NCBI GenBank assembly: GCA_030529015.1
Contig: JAUMXT010000001.1
Coordinates: 1-46,057, forward strand
Source: Bacillota bacterium
GTDB lineage: Bacteria > Bacillota > Clostridia > Peptostreptococcales > Anaerovoracaceae
Direction of reading: 5' to 3'
DNA: 46,057 bases
The position numbers were made by a program, and so were the translations under genes. A model generated the notes under the pieces. That model was not told the origin of the DNA. It ran no database searches and was given only the letters and a program-made list of their open reading frames with translations. This document shows, piece after piece, positions 38,426 through 46,057 of the stretch. How positions within the stretch are numbered: the first letter of the stretch is position 1; each line of letters opens with the position of its first letter.

Positions 38426-39766
38426 TCAGCACAAATGCTTCGCTCGCGCAAGCAGCGCTTCTTTTTCATTTTCGCACTCACCTTCGATCACAGCCTCCAG
38501 AAGTTCAGCCAAAATTCGCCCTACTTCAGGTCCCGGCTGAACTCCGAGCGCGATTATATCATTTCCGCCTACAGCCAGATCTTTCAGAGAAAAGCATTGC
38601 TCCTGTGCAAGTATATCCGCCATCATATCGCGAATATCGGCAAACTTCCGCCCCAGCTCAGGACTCATATTTCCTGTTCCGATATTGTCCGCAAGCTTTA
38701 TCTCCAGAATTTCCATCAGCACTTCAGGCCCAAGTCTGTTCATCCAACGCTTCAAAAGCCGTTCGTCCTTATCGAAAATCAAATCGTGATATCTGACAAG
38801 AGTAGTCACTCTCTCAAGGGTCGCTTTATCAGCCTTGAGCCGCTGCAGAATTCCCCTTACCAGTTCCTCGCTCTTTTTAGGATGCCCATAAAAATGTCCG
38901 ATGCCCTCGTCGTCCATGAAGTAAGTATCAGGCTTGCCCACATCGTGAAGCAGCGCCACCATCTTCATTTCCGTAGCATTCTCCGCAGTCGTAACAACAG
39001 CCTCCATCGCTCTGATGCAGTGCTCAAGCACATCGTATTTATGATACGGATTATGCTGCTCAAACCCTTTCATCGCAACGATTTCAGGCAACACATCGCT
39101 CAACACGTCCACATATTTTCTCAATACATTTCCGGCATGCTCCCCGGCCAGCAGTTTTTTAAACTCAACAAATATCCTTTCGACAGATATCTCTTTTAGC
39201 AAGCCCTTGTTTCGAGCCATTGCCAAGGCAGTCTCTTCTTCTATCTCAAAGCCCAGCACCGCTGCAAAGCGCAGTCCGCGCATGATCCTAAGGCCATCCT
39301 CTCGGAATCTTTTTTCAGGGTCTCCGACCGTCCTGATTATTCCCGCCTCGATATCTTCGGCACCTCCGAACGGATCTGTCAAATTACCCTCAGCATCACA
39401 AGCTATAGCATTGACAGTAAAATCGCGCCGAGCCAGATCTTCTTCAAGGCTTTTTACAAATTCCACACTGTCGGGATGTCTGCCGTCGCTATATGTTCCA
39501 TCGCTTCTATATGTAGTTACTTCAACAGGAATATCGTCAACCAACACAGTTACGGTCCCATGTTTTATCCCCGTCTCTATCACTCTGTATGAACTGAAGA
39601 CATCTATAATTTGCTCCGGCAATGCATTTGTCGCCACGTCCACATCGCCGCCGTCACGTCCCATAACAGCATCACGAATACAGCCTCCTACGAAATATGC
39701 TTCGTACCCGGCTTTTCCCAGTACATCAAGTATTTCTTTTTCTCTGCATTCCATCAGCTTTTTCAT
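38426..39766 (-). CDS. cca: CCA tRNA nucleotidyltransferase with HD domain
   Basis: VGGCIRD, DVD, EVTTYR, RRDFTVNA, EDGLRIMR; HD motif LLHDVGK. Confidence 0.88.
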   Translation of the reverse strand: MKKLMECREKEILDVLGKAGYEAYFVGGCIRDAVMGRDGGDVDVATNALPEQIIDVFSSYRVIETGIKHGTVTVLVDDIPVEVTTYRSDGTYSDGRHPDSVEFVKSLEEDLARRDFTVNAIACDAEGNLTDPFGGAEDIEAGIIRTVGDPEKRFREDGLRIMRGLRFAAVLGFEIEEETALAMARNKGLLKEISVERIFVEFKKLLAGEHAGNVLRKYVDVLSDVLPEIVAMKGFEQHNPYHKYDVLEHCIRAMEAVVTTAENATEMKMVALLHDVGKPDTYFMDDEGIGHFYGHPKKSEELVRGILQRLKADKATLERVTTLVRYHDLIFDKDERLLKRWMNRLGPEVLMEILEIKLADNIGTGNMSPELGRKFADIRDMMADILAQEQCFSLKDLAVGGNDIIALGVQPGPEVGRILAELLEAVIEGECENEKEALLARAKHLC

Positions 39767-39903
39767 TTTTTCTCTCCGTAACATGCAACTTCGTCACACT
39801 AAGTTCATATTGGTATTTTAACATATAATATGATATTATAGACAATAACATTTTGCACAGGTCCGAGCCGGCTCATCAGGCTCAGATCAAGGAAGGAAAT
39901 AAG

Positions 39904-41088
39904 ATGATATCAAAAGAGCATGCTTACGCGGAATTGCTCAAAACACATAGAAGAAACCTGCACATGATACCGGAGCTTGACAGACATCTCCCTAAAACCA
40001 AGGCATACCTCAACAGGATCCTTAAGGAGCTCGACTGCAAGCTGACATATTTATGCGACTCCGGCGTATGTGCTTTTTTTGATAAAGGAAAAGAAGACAC
40101 ATATTGTTTCAGAGCAGAAATGGATGCCCTGCCCGGCGTTGAGGCCATGATAGGAAGCTACGCCTCAAAGCACGAAGGAATAATGCATTCATGCGGTCAC
40201 GACGGTCACATGGCAATCAACCTGGCCTTCGGACAATATATCGACAGTCTCGATACGGCAGATCACAACGTTCTTCTCATATTCCAGCCTGCAGAAGAAA
40301 CTCTCGGCGGCGCCAAGGAAATATGCGAAAGCGGTATATTCTCAAAATATAACGTTACCAAGGTCTTCGGCATACACATCTGGCCTTTTATAGAAGCCGG
40401 TGCACTTGCTTCTAAGCGAGGTGCCATAATGGCCAAATCTGCAGAAATCGATATAGACATTCTCGGAGAATCAGCCCACGGAACTGCAGCCTACGAAGGC
40501 AAGGACGCCCTCTACATCGCATCCGATTTCATGACAAGGCTTTACAGAAGACACGCAGCCTCCATAGGCGCAGTGCAGCACTTTGCAGAAGATGTAGACC
40601 CTCTCCCTAAGGCGCATCCATGCAAGCCTGAAGACAAGACCATCATCCACATCGGCAGGATGGACAGCGGCTACGCCAGAAACGTAGTGTCCAACAACAC
40701 GAGACTTCAAGGTACAGTAAGAGCCTTCAGCGAAGAAAATTTCGCTAACACTCTGGCCATAATCACAGATACCTTAAAGGATATAACAGAGCAATACGGC
40801 TGCGATGCGACCTTCACCAACAGCGAAGGCTATCCGCCGATCATCAATGACGAAGCTCTCTATCTCGAAAGCAGTCTTGCTGCCAAAAGCCTGGACTGTT
40901 GCTACACTGAATTGACAGAACCCGTTATGGCCTCAGATGACTTCTCATTCTACGGTCATTACGCACCGTCAGTTTTCTTCCTGCTGGGTACAGGCGGCGA
41001 CATCCCTCTCCACAGCGTGGAATTCGATTTTGACGAAAGCATTCTCATAAGCGGCTTTGAGCTGTATAAGGCATTATTATCATGTTAG
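39904..41088 (+). CDS. M20 family amidohydrolase (N-acyl-amino acid/N-acetyl-DAP deacetylase-like)
   Basis: LHMIPE, RAEMDALP, HSCGHDGH, FQPAEE, SDDF, LHS. Confidence 0.88.
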   Translation: MISKEHAYAELLKTHRRNLHMIPELDRHLPKTKAYLNRILKELDCKLTYLCDSGVCAFFDKGKEDTYCFRAEMDALPGVEAMIGSYASKHEGIMHSCGHDGHMAINLAFGQYIDSLDTADHNVLLIFQPAEETLGGAKEICESGIFSKYNVTKVFGIHIWPFIEAGALASKRGAIMAKSAEIDIDILGESAHGTAAYEGKDALYIASDFMTRLYRRHAASIGAVQHFAEDVDPLPKAHPCKPEDKTIIHIGRMDSGYARNVVSNNTRLQGTVRAFSEENFANTLAIITDTLKDITEQYGCDATFTNSEGYPPIINDEALYLESSLAAKSLDCCYTELTEPVMASDDFSFYGHYAPSVFFLLGTGGDIPLHSVEFDFDESILISGFELYKALLSC

Positions 41089-42011
41089 GTTACGTTCAAG
41101 TTTTCAAACCCGAACTTAAGGTTCGTGAATACGAAGTCTACTGCGGATACTACTGCGGTGTCTGCAAGTCGATAGGCAAGCGATACGGCCAGCTTCCGCG
41201 TATGGCGTTAAGCTATGATGCTGCTTTTTTGGCATTGCTTCTTGAGTCAATATATGAAGAGCATGACGCCCCGTCGCAGGAGCATTGTGTGGCACACCCG
41301 TTCATCAAGAAGAAAACCATCATCAGAAACCTCGCCATAGATTATTCCGCCGACGTAATGCTTATTCTTGCCTGGTACAAGCTTTTAGACGACGCCAATG
41401 ATGAAGGCAAAGCATATGCAAAGCTCACTATCCCGCCTCTTAAAAGGATCTTCAAAAAGCTTCGCAAAAGGCATCCTGCGCTTTGCGACAGAATAGAAAA
41501 GCACCTTGCAGAGCTAAGCGCTTTGGAAAAAGAAAAATGCTCGAATCTGGACATGGCGGCAGAGGCCTTTTCAAAGATTATGGAAGCAATTTTCAGCGAG
41601 GGCGCGCGCTTTATGGCCGAAGGCAAAAAGATGACCTATGACGAAGCCTCCGCCGGCGCTTTTGCATCTATCGGCTACCATATGGGGAAATGGATATATC
41701 TGATGGATGCTGCAGATGATATAGAAGAAAACCTTGAGTCCGGCGCATATAATCCGCTGCTTTATAGATTCAATTTCAACAAAGACAGCGAAACGGCAGA
41801 AGACTTCAGAGCCAGGATCAAAGACGACTTAGAGTTCAATCTTTATCAGTATCTGGCCATGATAGGCAATTGCTTAAGCACCCTTGAAATAAGAAAAAAT
41901 AAAGGTATAATAGAGAATATAATATATTTCGGACTCAACCGAAAAACAGAAGAAATATTAGAACAAAAAGGAGACAATGATGAATCCATACGAAGTGTTG
42001 GGAATATCTGA
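41082..42011 (+). CDS. DUF5685-like protein
   Basis: MLGYV..KPELK..EY..Y..YYCGVC...RYG...R..LSYD N-terminus; LDDANDE and MDAADD motifs. Confidence 0.75.
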   Translation: MLGYVQVFKPELKVREYEVYCGYYCGVCKSIGKRYGQLPRMALSYDAAFLALLLESIYEEHDAPSQEHCVAHPFIKKKTIIRNLAIDYSADVMLILAWYKLLDDANDEGKAYAKLTIPPLKRIFKKLRKRHPALCDRIEKHLAELSALEKEKCSNLDMAAEAFSKIMEAIFSEGARFMAEGKKMTYDEASAGAFASIGYHMGKWIYLMDAADDIEENLESGAYNPLLYRFNFNKDSETAEDFRARIKDDLEFNLYQYLAMIGNCLSTLEIRKNKGIIENIIYFGLNRKTEEILEQKGDNDESIRSVGNI

Positions 42012-42543
42012 AAACGCATCAGAAGAAGAGATTAAAAGAGCCTATAAAGAGATGGTGAAGAAGTACCATCCTGATAAATACCAGAATAACCCGCTGGCAG
42101 ATCTTGCCGAAGAAAAGCTTCAGGAAGTTAACGAGGCTTACGATATGCTTATGAAAAACGGCAACGCAGGTGGTGGTTCACGTCGCGGCGGTACACCTGA
42201 CTACATGCAGGTAAGACGTCTTATCGACGCCAACAGACTCGGCGAAGCAGAAAATATCCTTAACGGAACAAGAGACAGAAGTGCAGAATGGTTCTTCCTT
42301 GCAGGAATGGTTTCCTACAAGAAAGGCTGGTACGACGATGCCAGAAACAAACTTCAGACAGCAGCCGAAATGGATCCGGGCAACGTGGAATACAGCCAGG
42401 CCTACGGTCGTATTATAAATATGGGAGGACAGTTCAGAAACCAGGCTTACGGCAGAGGATATAATTCTCAGGGCAATGACGACCTCTGTTGTCAGGCACT
42501 CCAGTGCTACATCTGTGCAGACTGTTGCTGTGACTGTATTTAA
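41977..42543 (+). CDS. J-domain protein with a TPR-like middle and a Cys-rich C-terminus
   Basis: NPYEVLG, YHPDKY (HPD), NEAY; tail CCQALQCYICADCCCDCI. Confidence 0.88.
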   Translation: MMNPYEVLGISENASEEEIKRAYKEMVKKYHPDKYQNNPLADLAEEKLQEVNEAYDMLMKNGNAGGGSRRGGTPDYMQVRRLIDANRLGEAENILNGTRDRSAEWFFLAGMVSYKKGWYDDARNKLQTAAEMDPGNVEYSQAYGRIINMGGQFRNQAYGRGYNSQGNDDLCCQALQCYICADCCCDCI

Positions 42544-42545
42544 TC

Positions 42546-43079
42546 ATGAAAAAGAATAAAACGTTTAAATTGGCGCTGGGCGGTATCTGCCTGGCCCTTA
42601 CTATAATATTCATGTTCGCAGGATCTATAGCTCCGGGAGTTGAACTTACTCTGTTCGCTATAAGCTCCGTTTTCGTCGCTGTGATGATTCTCGAATCAGG
42701 CGTTGGCGGAGGTGTGATCCTCTATCTGGCCGCTGTTATTTTAGGGCTTATCCTCGTTCCTAATAAGGTGGGGCTGATTCCGTACGTATTCCTCTTTGGC
42801 TACTACGGACTTGTTAAGTTCTTCATCGAAAAGCTCAAGTCAGCCGTGGCTCAGATTATTGTGAAAGCCATATTCTTTGCAGCAGTTCTTTGCATAGGTT
42901 TTCTGGGTTTCAAAGAATTGCTCCTCGGTGCTGTATCGCTTCCGGATATGCCGATTGTCATACTTATAATCGCAGGAGTTTTGTTTTTGCTGCTTTATGA
43001 TTATATTTATACATTAGCGATCAACCTTTATATCACCAAGGTTCAGCGCAAGGGCATAGATAATTTCAAATTAAGCTAA
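42546..43079 (+). CDS. Hypothetical membrane protein (about 6 TM)
   Basis: Hydrophobic ORF 2 nt after the J-domain gene; FGYYGLVK motif. Confidence 0.8.
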   Translation: MKKNKTFKLALGGICLALTIIFMFAGSIAPGVELTLFAISSVFVAVMILESGVGGGVILYLAAVILGLILVPNKVGLIPYVFLFGYYGLVKFFIEKLKSAVAQIIVKAIFFAAVLCIGFLGFKELLLGAVSLPDMPIVILIIAGVLFLLLYDYIYTLAINLYITKVQRKGIDNFKLS

Positions 43080-43112
43080 AAAAACACCGGGCTATAAAGT
43101 CCGGTGTTTTTT
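43080..43112. terminator. Bidirectional terminator
   Basis: AAAAACACCGG...CCGGTGTTTTT. Confidence 0.85.
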
Positions 43113-43134
43113 CTTGGGTTTTTCCTACTTGGTT

Positions 43135-45729
43135 TTACTGCTTGGTTTTATATATCAGCTTATCGCCGTCAGTATCTATTATCACATCATCGCCGTCGTT
43201 AATCGCACCCTTGATGATTTCGCCTGCCAGCTCGGTTTCGATATTTCGCTGCAGGAATCGCTTAACAGGTCTTGCTCCGTACGCCGGTTCATAGCTTTCG
43301 CGAGCAATAAATTTCTCTGCTTCGCTTGTAAGCTCAAGCGTGATTTCTCTTTCTTCAAGGCGTCTTTCGATATCCTTCATAGCCAGTCTGATTATTTCAA
43401 CGATCTGACCTTCTGTCAGCGGTGAAAATACCACTATGTCATCTATACGATTGAGGAATTCAGGTCTGAAATACTTCTTTGTTTCATCGGAAACCTTTTC
43501 TTTGATTTCCTCCGACACGCTGCCATCCTCTGCAATACCGTCGATCAGATAGTTACTTCCTATATTTGATGTCATAATGACAATGGTATTTTTGAAGTCT
43601 ACAGTTCTTCCCTGATTATCTGTCAGTCTGCCGTCATCCAAAAGCTGCAGCAGAATGTTGAAAACATCCGGATGGGCCTTCTCAATCTCATCAAATAAAA
43701 TTACGCTGTATGGCTTTCTTCGTACCGCTTCTGTAAGCTGTCCGCCTTCGTCGTAGCCAACGTATCCCGGAGGAGCGCCAACAAGTCTTGAAACGGAGTG
43801 CTTTTCCATATATTCAGACATGTCGATACGTACCATATTTTTCTCTGAGTCGAAAAGCGCCTCGCTAAGCGCCTTGGCAAGTTCTGTCTTGCCGACTCCT
43901 GTCGGACCGAGGAAGATGAATGAGCCTATAGGTCTCTTTTCATCCTTAAGTCCCGCCCTCGCTCTAAGCACAGCTTCCGCTACAGCCTTAACGCCGTCTT
44001 CCTGGCCGATTACTCTTTTATGAAGGATTTCCTCCAGCTTGAGCAGCTTTTCTTTTTCGCTCTCCACAAGCTTGCTCACAGGAATTCCGGTCCATCCCGA
44101 AATAACCTCTGCGATTTCCTCTTCAGTTACTTCTTCCTTAAGAAGTCTGGCTTCTTTGGCTTCTTCTGCCTTTTCCTTCTCAATTTCAAGCTTAGCTTCA
44201 AGGTCAAGCAAGGTTCCGTATTTCAGTTGTGCCAGCTTCTCGAGGTTGTAATTTCGTTCAGCCTCTTCCATTTCATGCTTCACGTCTTCGATCTGCTGCT
44301 TCACAGCCTTTACTTCTGTTATGGCCTTCTTCTCACTTTCCCATTGAGCGCGCATGGAATTGCTCTCATCCTTAAGCTGAGAAAGCTCTTTTTCCAAAGC
44401 CGCAAGCCTGCTCTTTGAAGCATTGTCGTTTTCTCTTCCCAGCGCCTGCTTTTCAATTTCCAGCTGCATTATTTTTCTCGATATCTCATCAAGTTCTGCA
44501 GGCATGCTGTCGATTTCTGTTCTTATTCTTGCCGCCGCTTCGTCCATAAGGTCTATAGCCTTATCAGGCAGGAATCTGTCACTTATATACCGTTCGCTGA
44601 GTGTCGCACATGCGATAAGCGCGTTATCTGTGATCCTAACTCCATGGTGGATCTCAAATCGCTCTTTAAGACCTCTCAGTATTGAAATAGTATCTTCTAC
44701 AGTAGGCTGATCCACCAACACCTTCTGGAATCTTCTCTCGAGGGCAGCATCTTTTTCAATATATTTTCGATATTCGTCTAAAGTTGTCGCTCCTATACAG
44801 TGAAGCTCACCCCTCGCAAGTTTAGGCTTCAGCAGATTCCCTGCATCCATCGCGCCTTCTGTCTTACCTGCTCCAACGATGTTATGGATCTCATCGATAA
44901 ACAGAATGATCCTGCCCTCCGATTTCTCGATTTCATTGAGCACGGCCTTAAGTCGTTCTTCGAATTCCCCTCTGAACTTGGCTCCCGCTATAAGCGCGCC
45001 CATATCAAGTGCAAAAATCGTCTTATCTTTCAGTCCTTCAGGAACGTCTCCATTCAAAATTCTCTGCGCCAGTCCTTCAACTACTGCAGTTTTACCAACG
45101 CCCGGCTCTCCGATAAGAACAGGGTTGTTCTTAGTCCTTCTTGAAAGGATCTGGATGGTGTGTCTGATTTCGCCGTCTCTTCCTATTACAGGATCCAGCT
45201 TACCTTCTCGTGCCATCTCCACAAGATCTCTGCCGTATTTATTAAGCGCATCGTAGTTTTCTTCCGGATTTTGGCTTGTAACCCTCTGGTTGCCTCTCAC
45301 CTTGTTAAGCGCATCCAAGAATTTATCCTTCGTTATATTGTATCTTTTAAATACGCCGGCCGAAGGCGTGTTTCTTTCATCCAAAAGAGCCATATATAAA
45401 TGTTCAACACTTATATATTCATCCTTCAACTTCTGCGCAGTTTTCTCTGCATTAATAAAAATCTGCTGCAGTCTTCTGGTTGAATACATGTTTTCGGCAC
45501 TGCCGCTTACCTTAGGCAATTTTTCGATTTCTGCCTCTATCGCACCAATGATCTCCCCTGTGTTTACCTCCATGAATTTCAGCAACTTAGGAATAAGACC
45601 ATCCTTCTGCATAAGAAGTGCCAAATGAAGGTGTTCACCGTCTATTTGCTGATGACCTTCCTCTATGGCAATGTTTTGGCAATCAATTATCGCACCTTGT
45701 GCATTCTGTGTGTATTTGTCTATGTTCAT
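43135..45729 (-). CDS. clpB: ATP-dependent chaperone ClpB
   Basis: Two AAA domains ([16 protein letters not shown]), long M-domain coiled coil, no IGF loop; ATG at 45729 after AGGAGG. Confidence 0.96.
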   Translation of the reverse strand: MNIDKYTQNAQGAIIDCQNIAIEEGHQQIDGEHLHLALLMQKDGLIPKLLKFMEVNTGEIIGAIEAEIEKLPKVSGSAENMYSTRRLQQIFINAEKTAQKLKDEYISVEHLYMALLDERNTPSAGVFKRYNITKDKFLDALNKVRGNQRVTSQNPEENYDALNKYGRDLVEMAREGKLDPVIGRDGEIRHTIQILSRRTKNNPVLIGEPGVGKTAVVEGLAQRILNGDVPEGLKDKTIFALDMGALIAGAKFRGEFEERLKAVLNEIEKSEGRIILFIDEIHNIVGAGKTEGAMDAGNLLKPKLARGELHCIGATTLDEYRKYIEKDAALERRFQKVLVDQPTVEDTISILRGLKERFEIHHGVRITDNALIACATLSERYISDRFLPDKAIDLMDEAAARIRTEIDSMPAELDEISRKIMQLEIEKQALGRENDNASKSRLAALEKELSQLKDESNSMRAQWESEKKAITEVKAVKQQIEDVKHEMEEAERNYNLEKLAQLKYGTLLDLEAKLEIEKEKAEEAKEARLLKEEVTEEEIAEVISGWTGIPVSKLVESEKEKLLKLEEILHKRVIGQEDGVKAVAEAVLRARAGLKDEKRPIGSFIFLGPTGVGKTELAKALSEALFDSEKNMVRIDMSEYMEKHSVSRLVGAPPGYVGYDEGGQLTEAVRRKPYSVILFDEIEKAHPDVFNILLQLLDDGRLTDNQGRTVDFKNTIVIMTSNIGSNYLIDGIAEDGSVSEEIKEKVSDETKKYFRPEFLNRIDDIVVFSPLTEGQIVEIIRLAMKDIERRLEEREITLELTSEAEKFIARESYEPAYGARPVKRFLQRNIETELAGEIIKGAINDGDDVIIDTDGDKLIYKTKQ

Positions 45730-45793
45730 GTTCTCTCCTCCTAAATATATCAAGAAGCTTATCGTTCTTGTGATATTTTCCCTTCATGATGGT

Positions 45794-45822
45794 ATTTTAA
45801 ACCCGTATTATATAGAAGTCAA
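45794..45822 (-). promoter_or_regulatory. SigA promoter of clpB
   Basis: TTGACT-N17-TAAAAT on the minus strand. Confidence 0.75.
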
Positions 45823-45829
45823 GAAAAAT

Positions 45830-45856
45830 TTAGCACTCACTTGGTATGAGTGCTAA
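45830..45856. promoter_or_regulatory. CIRCE element (HrcA operator) for clpB
   Basis: Perfect TTAGCACTC-N9-GAGTGCTAA, 7 bp upstream of the -35. Confidence 0.95.
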
Positions 45857-45888
45857 CAAATGTTTGGTTTGGTGACTTTTTTCGCAAT

Positions 45889-45918
45889 AAAAAAGTCGAA
45901 TCACAAATGTGATTCGAC
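45889..45918 (-). terminator. Terminator of the rRNA/tRNA operon
   Basis: GTCGAATCAC-ATTT-GTGATTCGAC followed by a T tract on the minus strand. Confidence 0.85.
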
Positions 45919-45924
45919 ATTATC

Positions 45925-45999
45925 TGGTGATCCCACGGGGAATCGAACCCCGGTTACCGCCGTGAAAGGGCGGTGTCTTGACCGCTTGACCATGGGACC
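45925..45999 (-). tRNA. tRNA-Glu (anticodon TTC), CCA encoded
   Basis: GGTCCCATGG...CCGCC-CTTTCAC-GGCGG...GGTTCGATTCC...GGGATCACCA cloverleaf. Confidence 0.97.
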
Positions 46000-46006
46000 A
46001 TAAAAA

Positions 46007-46057
46007 GCGGCAACGTCCTAATTTCCCAGGCGGTCTCCCACCAAGTATCATCAGCGC
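46007..46057 (-). rRNA. rrf: 5S rRNA, 3' part (truncated by the window edge)
   Basis: Reverse complement GCGCTGATGATACTTGGTGGGAGACCGCCTGGGAAATTAGGACGTTGCCG matches the 5S helix IV/V, loop E and 3' end; lies directly upstream of a tRNA. Confidence 0.88.

Noticed and set aside
45860-45999. Integrative element at tRNA-Glu
   Set aside because: No integrase gene and no duplicated tRNA 3' end was seen. The tRNA is followed directly by a terminator and clpB.

Overview
Core-genome window from an anaerobic, amino-acid-fermenting Clostridia-type Firmicute (Anaerovoracaceae/Family XIII-like is an inference from gene content). There is no sign of prophage, IS elements or CRISPR-Cas. From left to right it holds: a partial D,D-carboxypeptidase; apgM-serC with divergent serA; feoAB; a frameshifted yihY; rdgB; a D-2-hydroxyacid dehydrogenase and an NhaC-family transporter; a csp gene; groESL with a CIRCE; ogg; a ferredoxin; rex and acpP; an ABC-F gene; the tsaE-tsaB-rimI-tsaD cluster; an FMN riboswitch with ribU; the lysine-fermentation cluster (kdd-kamA-kamB-kamC-kamD-kamE-atoD-atoA, with kal divergent); rluB; DUF2804 and DUF815 genes; cca; an M20 peptidase-DUF5685-J-domain-membrane protein operon; clpB with a CIRCE; tRNA-Glu; and the 3' end of a 5S rRNA. 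Four observations stand out. (1) A sigma54 activator carries, as its N-terminal sensor, a degenerate copy of the neighbouring Kdd enzyme; two sigma54 promoters and three candidate enhancer palindromes are visible. (2) A structured intergenic element occurs twice with compensatory base changes, and one copy sits inside a 188-nt rod-like fold. (3) A three-unit palindromic array has fixed-length variable interiors. (4) An uncharacterised operon joins a DUF5685 protein (Asp-rich motifs), a Cys-tailed J-domain protein and a membrane protein. All family assignments come from motif recognition by eye; no database searches were run.
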